39,231 nt of DNA from Macrostomum lignano (lineage: Eukaryota): the NCBI GenBank assembly GCA_002269645.1, contig NIVC01000559.1, positions 1-39,231 on the forward strand. The letters run 5' to 3'. The notes below the pieces were generated by a model. That model did not search any database, was not told the DNA's origin, and saw only the letters and a program-made list of their open reading frames with translations. Below, one piece after another: positions 22,201-34,200 of the stretch; position 1 is the stretch's first letter, and each line of letters opens with the position of its first letter. Both the position numbers and the translations under genes were made by a program.

Positions 22201-25200
22201 ATGCTGCGGTCCCCGGAAATGACGACTGGGGGGGGGGCATACCAGAAAAACAACAACCGTACAATGGGCTCCTTTTGTGGCCTCTGCAGCAGACGCACTA
22301 ACAAAGAGGGCCACCATGCCATTACTGCGGCAGCTTCCTCCATATCAAGTGCAGCCAGTTGAGCAGTTACAGGTTTTACAAATCCAAAGAAGGCATAGCA
22401 GCGAGAGAAGGATGGATCGGCCGTGCTGCAGTAGAAGAGAACATAAGGTCAATGATATCCAAAAAACCCAAAAATAAGGAAGAGGTAAGCAGGAAGGACA
22501 GCGCAGTAGAGGCGGGCGATCAGGAGCTTGTATGGGCAAAACTCGAAGTCTCGTCGTTGTTGCGGGGTTTGGCGAGGCCCGAGGAGGAGAAAGGAGACCG
22601 GAAAGGCCGAGTCACCTGGCTGGCATGCGGAAAAATGTCCGAGGTTAAGATCCAAGACATTCAAGTGTTTGACGAGGAATGCGAGAAATGGATTGTTAAG
22701 CGCAAAGGAGCCTACCTGGAAGCGGTGGCGCAGGCCGAGCAAATTTGGACAGAGAAGTTGAATCAGAAGTTGAATCCGGTAGATGTGGAGAGTGCAGCGG
22801 CTACATAAAAAAGAGCGCCTAGAATCACCTGCAGACTGCGGTAGCCTGAGCCATAAACAATGCTCGGGAGTCAGTTGATGGAGGATGGAGTCCTGTGCAG
22901 CTGGTCATGCCGAGAACGCACGGGTGCAAGGACGGCCGAAAAGTTTACGGAGACCCAAAGATGGAGGACGAAGAGTAAGATAGTCAGTAAAGGCTGGTTC
23001 GCGGTTTGCAAGATGTATCGGAAAGCCGGCCTGGGAATTGCCTGCTCCCGCTGTGATAAAACGGTCCACCAGAAGTCTTCCGGACTGGGCTCACGCAAGG
23101 CCCAGGACCAGACTAAGGTTTCGATAGTATGGCACTGCAGAGAATGCCAAGAAGAGAGAACCGGGCCACTACCGAGGTCCAAGGAGATGGGCACAACCAT
23201 GGTTGAAGAGAAGGTGGAGACGGGCAAGGAGAATTTGACGGTGCTGCAATGGAACTACGACCTACGATAAGAGGTGGACGTGGCCATGCTGCTGGAGACG
23301 AAGCTTCGGGCAGAGGACAGAGAAATCCAGACTATCGGCTACACACTACACAGGCAAGACAGATGCAGAAGCATGATGGCAAGCCAGGTGAGAGGCGGGG
23401 GCCTGGCCTTAATCATCCGGCAAGACAGACCTTTTCAGGTGCTCGACGAGTACTGCTGCAACGGCAAGGATGGCTGGGAAATGCAAGCCATCACCAGCTG
23501 GAAGGCCAAAACCAAGCTCAATTTAGCCAACGTCTACCTACAACCGGGAGTCAACATCAAGAAGGAAGAGATGACACGCTGGCCTAAATAGGCAGTGACC
23601 TAAATGCAAAACACGAACGGTGGGACAACAATATCGAAGCGAACGAGAGAGGAGAGATGATTGTGGAATGGATCGATACCCAAGAGTTCGCGTCGCTCAA
23701 TAATGGGGACACCACAACTGATGGCAGAGGAGGCAGCAGAGAGTCGATGCCCGATGCCACCCTCTTGTCACCTGGAGGAAGCTGAGGCATAGGAACGAAC
23801 GACCATGAAGGAGCTTGGGCCGGACAACCGACCTATCCTTTTGAGACAGGATACGAAGCCCGAGAAGACAGGATCAAGAAGATGGTCAGCTGGAACTGGA
23901 AGAAGGCGGACTGAAGGGAAAGCGGCGCAGCTGAAGGCCCAAGCCGGCAAATGGAAAGGTAGACGGCAAGCCGCTGAAGCAAGCGGAGGAAGAGCTAAGG
24001 AGGATGGTGCTCAAGGCCGCGAGGGAAAAAATCGGGCTGGTAGCCAGAATTACTAAGAACCTGATGGTGGAGTATGCGGAACTCAAAGCGGATATGGAAG
24101 CGCGAGGTAAACTGAGGGACGGAGAGGAGGAGGATGACTGGATCGCAGACAACGAGAAGATCATGCAAGAAGTGAGGAAATCCAAAGAGGTAGAATGGAA
24201 GAAGCACGTTGAAGATCACAAAGACAGCAGGCAATGTGGAAGGTGCTCAATAAGCTAAAAGGCTAGCCCAGCATTAATGGTAAGGACAATGTGCTGGTTC
24301 CCAACAACGTGAGGAGAGCCAGGAACCGTAGCAAAGCGCAAGCCTTCGTGAAGGAGTACAGCAGGGTGAGCAGCTTTAAGCTGCCGGAAAAAAGCGAGCA
24401 GGTACCGGAAGTAGGTGGCCGAAAGGATCAGATCAGTGGGGCCGGTGAACGAGGACGGACAGGACATCACGCTCGTGGAACTGGAGGATGCCCTGGACCT
24501 CATGGACGGTAAAAGGGCGGCGGGGCTGGACAGGGTGCATCCGAGGCTTCTCAAGGGGCTTCTTCAGGCTTTGAAGATGCACTTTCTGAGCCTGTTCAAC
24601 CTAAGCTGGCGCACCGGAGAAAGCCCTCAAAATTGGAGAAGGATTATCCCGATCTCAAAATGGCAAAGACCCGGCGCTCGTGATATCATCCCGCCAAATC
24701 AGCCTCACTTCTATTATAGTATCAGCAAATGGATGCAGAGGATCCTAGCGGCCTGGATTAGATTCAAGTTCGAAAAGACCAACTGGTTCAACGACTCGTA
24801 AGCTGGCTTTCGGAGGGGCAGATCAGGGACTTCTAGAGCTGGCACCACTGGACTGGAAGCTAGAATAAAACGCTCCCCCATTTTACGCTAGTGTGGCAAG
24901 GTAGAAATTTCGATAACAAAGCTAAAAAACTAGTTCTTTCGAGTTGGGGCACTGGGGATAGGGGACTGGGGGGAAGAGCAGGGAAACAGACAAACGAATA
25001 GAGATGTACACCAAGATGGGCACCAAGCTCAGGACACTGATACGTTGCTCGTTGTATGTACATTTTAAGAAATTAGTCACCCTCCTAACCCCCAGTTCCT
25101 CCTTGCTTCTCTGCCAAGCACTGACAAAGAGTATATGATGCCTTGAACTGTGCAGGTTTGCCATTAAATCAAAAATCCACACTGCTATCATTTCCAAGAG

Positions 25201-28200
25201 CCTGTTTCAGTACAAGCTTTAAATGCTGCATGCATATTCAGCCTACAGATGCTCAACTCGAAAAACCCCGGAATCTGGAGTGAGCTTCCACAGCCAGCCT
25301 CTCCAAGATGCTGCTCTTGAGAAATGGAAGGAAGCACGAGAATACTTTGAGCTGGCGAAGTTCTCCAAGATTTGCTCTCGCGATTTTTATTCTAATGACT
25401 TCATTCGCGGATACCAACGTCACATGCAATAAGAGAAACGAGTCGCTATCAAGGAGGTGTCTGAAGCCTGGAGCAGTTCCCTCCATCTTCCTGAATCGGC
25501 GGAACGCTCCCATCTACTTGTGATTTGATAAGAAGGCACCGCGAGCAACCACAGTGGCATTGTCTGAGCGCATGGAGAGAGACCTGGAATTGGAGTCTTT
25601 CTGGAAGCTGACTTCATTGCTGAGACAGACTTTCGGTTTCAGGAGATTCAGGGCAAGTTGGAGCTGGAAGCAACCAAGCTAGCTGGATTTCAGACGGCTA
25701 TCCAAGGCAAGCTCTGCATCTACATGCTAGAGGCAGCCAGTGTGCCGCGTTTCCTGCTACTAGGGTTTGCAATCCCGGGATCCCGGGATTAGGAGCCAAA
25801 TTCCGGGATTTGAATCCCAGGATTAAAATTTGTCGCGATTTACCGGGATTGATATCCCGGGATTATCCATGGCTGGAATTCGGATCCCGGGATTAAAATC
25901 TGTGAATCCCGGGATTTTCGGGATTGATAAGATGGAACAGACGCTTTCAATTTTAAATTTTCATCATGTACTTTTCAGTTCCACTTCACTTTACCATGCA
26001 ATTTTTTAGAATATCGTTTAAGTCATCCGAATAATGAAATGTGTGAATCGTAAAATTGTTTTCTAGGAATGAATTCAAAACTGTTTTGTATGAAATTTGA
26101 GGTCCCGAATCCGGCGACAAATTTTTGTTATTGTTTTTACATAAAGTGTTCTAATATGAACATAATTGGGCCCACAAGTATGTTATTATACTGCGCTAAT
26201 TTCCGTTAATTGCCTCACGTCGCGTGGCACCTTTTTAAACCCCACATCAGATTTAAATGTGAAGCTTATTCCAATTAAATTTTGATACTTGATTTGCTTC
26301 TTTACTACTAATTAGTACTTTTATACTACTTACTCAAATACGTCACACAAGATAATGCTGTTTTTATCTACAAACAGATCATTAACTCTATAACAGTCAA
26401 AACGGAAGCAAAAAACGCTTAGCGCATATTTTGACTTAAAATTTCAACCCAGAAGCTTAAAAAATCTGTATAGTTCTGATCCCGGGAGTGAATACCGGGA
26501 TTGGCCGAATTCTGGGATTAAATCCCGGGATCCCGAGATTACAAATACTAATCCCGGGATATCCCGATCCCGACAATCCCGGGATTGACAGAATTGGCGA
26601 TACCGGACCCTGTCAAGTCGATCGCCGGCCGTCGCGCTGGCGCCCTGGGTGAAAACTGCTGCGACCCGGGATCCGAACATGGCCTGTTGCGGGGCTGAAG
26701 CCACAAAGTCCGCGCCGTCATCCGCTGATCCCTTGCAACCGCTGGGTCGACTATTGCCACAAAGTGTACACCGGCCTCAAAAGAACTGTTGCAACACAGA
26801 ATGCCTTTAGCAGCATGCATTGCATCACCCCCGTGCCACCCGGAGGTGACCCCGGAGCACGCCAACCGCTCCGTCTGCTTCCGCACCATCGAGCGCCAGG
26901 AGTCAATTCGGTTTCTCCAATGGAACGCCGGTGAGGTCTCCCTCAAGATTGCCGAACTTCAAGACCACACCGAACAACAGGAACAACCAATCAGCATAAA
27001 GGCAACAAATACTAACTTTGCTTTAAATAACACACTTACCAAACATGACTGTCCGATTGAACTCCTCTCGCAGTTCCGTCACCGAGTCCGTCAGGTAGAT
27101 TGTGAACCGATCAGCATAGTCCACTCCGCTCCTTAAGGTGGCAGTTCGGTATCTGTTGTACGCCAGCACTGGAGCCGAGCCCTTCCAGCCTTCGTTGGCC
27201 CAGGTGCACCCATCGCGTTTGTCGGACACCATCCAGAAACCTCGATCATTGACACAACTACCGTAAGAAAATGAGGCCAAAAAGCGCCGTTTCAAAGGGG
27301 CGTCCCCGTTAATACTAAAGTAGTTCATGCTTTGTTTCGGATCGATATTGAATGGATACGACGAGACGAGTCGAGAGCGCGAGAACCAGTTCATCAGTGT
27401 GATCTCGTCGGTCTTCTCTGACAAGTCAAACACCATCCGAGCGCCCACGCGATCGTCCTTCTCCATCTCAGCGACAATATTTTCTTTCCTGATTGCTTCA
27501 CAATGAGGGCGAGTTGATCGAGCAGGTCAGATCTGTAGACAGGAGGCAGAGACCCGTCAGTCGGAGCCTTGTAGTTCTGCTGGACAGAGTACGCAGACAA
27601 GGCCTCGGTGTTGATATTGGATTTGATCGTGAACAGCACTTGCTTGTTGCCATCTGCAATTATTAGATATTTAAAAATTCGCCATCAACGTTGGTTACAT
27701 TGATGTTTGTTTTTTTCTGAAGCTCCAAAGTTGAGACGTTTACAGGTAGAATCCTAAAATTAGTGATCTGTTTTTTACCAGTACTCTCCTATGCGTCATT
27801 AAGAAGTAACTTCGTTAGCACTTTATTAAGTATTCGTAAAGTAACTGATTGTGCGAATGGTAAGCCTTCTCTGTTTTTCTGTTTAATTTTGGATTGTTTT
27901 ATTTTAAGTTCATTTATTTGGATCCGAGTAGCTGAAGCTATTGCAGTTTGTGTAAGGCCTACGAGTAAGCTGACTTTTTCTTGGCGTCAAAAATGTAACT
28001 GTTTAGTTTGTGCAAACACTTTCGGGACTAGCGTAGAGTAAAATTTAACGCCGTAAAAATAATCAGTCAGTGATATTTAAGGACTGTTTTACGATATTTA
28101 AGGGGGTGTTTCACGAACTGCTTCTTAAGACTGAGTCCTAAGTTCCAACTTAGGCTCGAACTTAGGACTGAGCCGTAAATGCGTTTTACAAACACTTAGG

Positions 28201-31200
28201 AGTCACTTCTAACCTCGATCTTAGCTAAGGTCGAGCTTTGGTTTTGGACGAGAAAGTTTAAGATAGGGTTGACCGTAGACTAATTCCGCGTGGCGAGAAA
28301 CTTTAGCCGTTTTATGTTATTTCCTTATGTTAGCCAGCAGAGACACGGTCACAGCTTATAGTACTTCTTGGTCATTGATTTTATTTTGCATTGTCCAGAA
28401 GACACAGCCTGGCGTAATGACAAACTCAACTGGCCATTATTCCAGCTACTTCTCGTCAGCTCAAGCCTATCATCAGCTTATTCATTTATAGTCTATGGCC
28501 CAACAGCTTTTTTATTTATAGTCTATGGCCCAACCACCGCCCTCTTTACGCAGTCGCACGCACGCAGACTCTTACCCTGAAATAATGACCGCTTCCGGCA
28601 CGCTAAAATAATGGCCAGGCTGTGTCTTATAGACAATGACGTTGCGTAGTAGGTAAGGGGCTGAAATAATGGCCATAGACACTCGTGCGCTACGCGCACT
28701 CGTGTTTGGCCATTATTTCAGCCCCTTACCTACTACGCAATCTACCATTGTAATTATACTTTTACCCAGACGCAATGAAAAAATATTTTGGCCATTATTC
28801 CACAGTTTTGATGTGTACCATAGACATTTGGATTGAAAAAATCCATCGCTCAGTATTTTTGTTAATAAATACAGAACAACAAGAGGTAAATGAACAAAAA
28901 GGAAAAATCATTAAAACTAAAGTACCAGCTACACGAAAAGAGTTAATAATAAATGTCACAGCTAGTGCAGTTTATCAGTTTGTAGTCGAAATTTGACAAT
29001 GTAAAAATCAATTTGTCACCCAAAGTGAAACATGCACAGTTCTCAAAGCCGCAGTTTCCAAAGATGCTCGACACTTTAGCCTGATGATTTGGCACTGCAA
29101 AAGGAGTTGGTCTATGTTGAATGTTTTCTATGAAAGAGAAATACAGGTGCTCAAGTATAGTTGCCGAACTTACCATTTGAAAGATGCACGTCTTGGTTAA
29201 GTTGGCATGCGACTGATGAGCTTCGTCTGATGAGCTTCTTTGGTACCGCAGTATCCAAGCTGGGATTCTTTGGGACTGTCGGCTGCTCGACTGAATCGAT
29301 TGGCCGCTTTCAGGCATCGTTTATAGCCGTCGAGGCGTTGAAGACTGCATGGTCGCGTTTTCTTCCTAGGTAGCGCCGCACGGTTCGTTCAGTCGTCGAC
29401 AGGAAGATTTTTTTCAATTAATAAGCGCGGCTGTTTGACGAGATGCACTATAGCCATAGTTGTTTGACAAGACAAATAGCTTTTTCTCCCACTACTCGCT
29501 TTCCTGATTTCTTGCAAGACGCAAGCAAAATCAGCACACATCAAACTATGGTCAAACTAAGCCACACAACTCAGTCGTCTATGGGTAAAACAACTCTTAA
29601 AACAGCCAATTGAAGCATGATAAAAAGTGTGGAATAATGACAGCGACAAAAGTGTGGAATAATGGCCGCAAAAGTGTGGAATAATGACTGGGCGCTGAGT
29701 GAAAGTATAAATACAATGCACTTGTATAGTATGCAACTTCGTTGAATAATGGCCATAGACACTCGTGCGCTACGCGCACTCGAGTTTTGGCCATTATTCA
29801 ACTCAGTTGCATACTATACAATCTACCATTGCAAATCACATTCCTTTGTCTCTCGGTCGCACGACGAGCAATTAAAACGGCAAACATTTTATTTCAAAAG
29901 ATCGGCTCTTGCTTTTCAGATAGCGACTTGAAACTTAGGACAACTCTAGATGTGTCCTAAAGTTAAGACCGACCATGACAGTTTTGGTCATAGACAGTCT
30001 CTCTTGATAAAACGCACCAATCTTATCTTCCCTTAGGTCAGACCTAAGTTGGATCCCAGCTAAGATCGACTTTTATCTTCATAGAACACGTCTATCCTAA
30101 ACTCAATCCTAAGTTTGATGTTAGGATTGAATTTTGGTTCGTAAAACACCCCCCAGCTGTCCATTGCATGCGGGCACTTAAGTCCTTATATTTCTAACTC
30201 CTTTATTGTGTTCTCTTTCTTCCTTGCAGCACATTATCCCCGAGCTTAATTGCTTTGTCGTAAGGGCCTGTCCAGTGAATCGAAGTTACTAAGATACGTA
30301 AAACCTAAAGCAAGTATGATTTCTTAAACTGACCCTTTTTAAAAGGCACTATCTTCGAGGAGAAGGCTTTCAGAAGTCAATAGCCAATAAAAATAACAAA
30401 ATTCTTACTAAACTGTTTGGCGTCAAGACCAATTTTACGAACTACGTATCAGATTGCGAGACACTTGTTGCAACTTAAATCTGAATCCTATTGGTCATGT
30501 GCCAGCTCGCATCGACAGATCTACATGCCGGCTTTACATTCAACTACAATCAACTACAAAATAAACCATCAGGCCCCAGTCGACTAATTTAGCGCGTGAG
30601 TTGTTCAGACGAGTGACACGAGAACTACCGAAGACAATTTCAATTCCGAAACAGCAAGGAAACAAGGAACCCTACAAAGGCGTCCCCTGACTCTCAGATG
30701 TTCTAAGATAAAGTCGGTAATATGCTATTTTTTCAAAACAATCAGCTTTCGCCATACTGTCGAACGCTCATAAGTCAATGGGTTCAAAATTAAAAGAGCT
30801 ATCATATCTAGAGATAGTAGAATTGTAAAATTTGTAGTTATCCTTCATATTCTCATACAATCGTAAAGGTAGCTCCAAGATAAGACGGTTAATGGCTTAA
30901 TATTTAAAATTCACAAACCTCGCAGAATTGGCTACGCTTCAAGCTTACGAGCTCGTAAGATAATTAACAAAGTTTCTATTCAGTAAGAGTCGAGGTAGGG
31001 TAAACCGTTTTAGGAATTTTAGGAAATGAATGCAAAACGAGCATTCGCATGCTTTTCTTTTTTATTTTTCTCCAATCAAATTGCGTTTTTAATCATGTTC
31101 ATATCCAACTCCGTGGTAGAGGGGCGAGTGTACATTTAAGGCTGTTTTGACCAGTGCTTGCCTCTCTAACTTAATATCTATTTTTTTGCCCATACCTGCT

Positions 31201-34200
31201 TTGTTGCATCATGTTGACTTAATTAAAATGATTTTACCATCTTTCTGTGTAATTGCCTTTGATTCCGATGGTTCGGCAAAAAATGTCACACAAACATAAA
31301 TAAAATGAAAATTTGATTGAAGAAAAAAAGAAGAAGGAAACAGTGTGAATGTTCGTTTTAGCATTCCTTTTCCTAAAATTCTATTCAGTAAAAACTGACT
31401 TAGAAGAATAAATAAAGAGATTTGTCTGAACTAATGATACATACATGCTTCAACTATTAGCTTACCGATAATGAGTGGCTTCTTGAACTCGGCCCTGAGG
31501 TCCGGAACTTCCTTCGCAAGGTAAATCAGTAGCCTGTCAGCGTATCCTGCGCTCTCTTCGAACGGCTTTCCAGGTAGTCGACTGTAAATCAAGGTCGGAG
31601 CAGATCCCCTCCAGCCTCGAGTCACGTAGTCGCAGTGACCGCGCGCGTCCGACACAAGAATGAAGCTCGTCTCTCGGTGGCATCCGTGGTGCCAGTTGTT
31701 GATGTAGAAGCGTCGCTTCGAGCTTCTCTCGCCTTCCAGAGAAAAGTAGTTAAACTCTTTCCGATCGACCGAGTACGGATAAGACGACTCAAGTCTCAGC
31801 TCCGAGAACCAGTTCTCTTTGTCGAGCTTCTCTGTGTCGGTGGAAACATCGAACACCACTTGGGAGACGACTTGATTGTCGTCTTTGCGCATCTCGACGA
31901 CCATCTTGGTCATTCCCGACTGCCTCACAGCTCGAGGAAGCTCGTCGATGAGATCGGATCTGTAGACCGGAGGCAGAGATCCGTTGGCGGGCATTTTGTA
32001 GTTTTGTTGATGCTCAAATGTCTCCAGAGCCTCCAAGTGCACGTTCGGGATAATGGTGAACAACAGCTGCTTGTCTTTTTCTGCAACAGAAGAACATGAC
32101 AAATAATCATTACAAAGATCTTGCCCGACGTTGTAATTTGATTTTTGTCTCTGCCTCCTAACCACCCTTATCATTGCATATTTAACCGCAATTTTCAGTT
32201 ACAATTGTGATATAAATTCTACGTTAATGCATTTAATGCGCATGACTGATACGGTCTGACCTCAATTTTCATGTGAATATCTACTTTGTAAACGCCTTGA
32301 AATTTTGTCTAGATACTAAAAGAGATATAGAGCTCGAAAAAACGGGATTTCCGTCTATAAAGTGTTACGAGATACGAGCTAGTTTGAGATCTCGTACCAA
32401 ACATGACCGTCCGATTGAACTCCTCTCGCAGTTCCGTCACCGAGTCCGTCAGGTAGATTGTGAACCGATCAGCATAGTCCACTCCGCTCCTTAAGGTGGC
32501 AGTTCGGTATCTGTTGTACGCCAGCACTGGAGCCGAGCCCTTCCAGCCTTCGTTGGCCCAGGTGCACCCATCGCGTTTGTCGGACACCATCCAGAAACCT
32601 CGATCATTGACACAACTACCGTAAGAAAATGAGGCCAAAAAGCGACGTTTCAAAGGGGCGTCCCCGTTAATACTAAAGTAGTTCATGCTTTGTTTCGGAT
32701 CGATATTGAATGGATACGACGAGACGAGTCGAGAGCGCGAGAACCAGTTCATCAGTGTGATCTCGTCGGTCTTCTCTGACAAGTCAAACACCATCCGAGC
32801 GCCCACGCGATCGTCCTTCTCCATCTCAGCGACAATATTTGTCTTTCCTGATTGCTTCACAGTGAGGGCGAGTTGATCGAGCAGGTCAGATCTGTAGACA
32901 GGAGGCAGAGACCCGTCAGTCGGAACCTTGTAGTTCTGCTGGACAGAGTACGCAGACAAGGCCTCGGTGTTGATATTGGATTTGATCGTGAACAGCACTT
33001 GCTTGTTGCCATCTGCAATTATTAGATATTTAAAAATTCGCCATCAACGTTGGTTACATTGATGTTTTTTTTTCTGAAGCTCCAAAGTTGAGACGTTTAC
33101 AGGTAGAATCCTAAAATTAGTGATCTGTTTTTTACCAGTACTCTCCTATGCGTCATAAAGAAGTAACTCAACTTAACTTAACTCAAGCGGGTGAATTCAA
33201 TTACGACTAACCATACACTGCTTTTGATCACATGCACTGGATTTACGAGCATTTAGAGCAAAATATTGGCATAAAGTATATCGTACCAACAATGAGCGGC
33301 TTCTTAAACTCGGCCCGTGGATCCAGTACCTCTTTCGCAAGATAAATTATTAGCCTGTCCGCGTAGCCCACGCTTTCGTGGAACGATCGACCCTGCTCTC
33401 GGTTGTAGGCCAGACTCGGAGGAGAGCCTCGCCAGCCTCGAGTTACCCAGTCGCAGCTGCCGCGCGAGTCAGACACCATGATGAAGCCTGAATCTCTGGT
33501 GCAACCTCCATAGTGGTTGCTGATGTAGAATTTTCGGCTAGCATCCCCTTCCAAAGAAAAGTAGTTGAACTCTTTCCGACTAATTGGATAAGGGTAAGAT
33601 GAGTACAGTCTTAACAGCGAGAACCAGTTCTCTTTGTCGAGCTTCTCAGTGTCGGTGGAAACATCGAATGCCACTTGAGAGACGACTTTATTGTCTTTGC
33701 GCATCTCGACGACCATCTTGGTCATTCCCGACTGTCTCACAGCTCGAGGCAGCTCGTCGATGAGATCGGATCTGTAGACCGGAGGCAGAGACCATCGGCA
33801 GGCATTTTGTAGTTTTGTTGATGTTTGAATGTCTCCAGAGCCTTCAACTGCACGTTCGGAACAATAGTGAACAACAACTGCTTGCTTTTTTCTGAAATGT
33901 TTATATTTGAGTTTTTGTTATTGTATTCTTAGTGCTAAGCAGCCAATGGCTTTTTGTTTGATTGGTATTTCACTACTGAATTTTTCCATAAATTCTTTTG
34001 ATCAAATGTCTTACCAAACAGGACCGCTTTTGTGAACTCTGGGCGCAGTTCGTCCACGTGGTTTGTCAAGTAGACCACGAAGCGGTCCGCATAGTCCACC
34101 CCGGTGCGAAATGGCGCCGTTCTGAATCTGTTGTATAGCAACACTGGCGCGGCTCCCTTCCAGCCCTGTGATCCCCAGTTGCAAGGATCCTTCCTGTCTG

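Larger units (their letters stand above)
28102..30154. mobile_element. TIR element (Harbinger/Tourist-like ends) with nested content
   Basis: gggggtgtttcacgaac versus gttcgtaaaacaccccc (16/17 inverted); cttag/ctaag-rich subterminal regions at both ends; TSD not matched. Confidence 0.6.

Noticed and set aside
29213-29240. Two CTGATGAG motifs as a hammerhead ribozyme
   Set aside because: No stem II followed by GAAA and no cleavage triplet at the right spacing.
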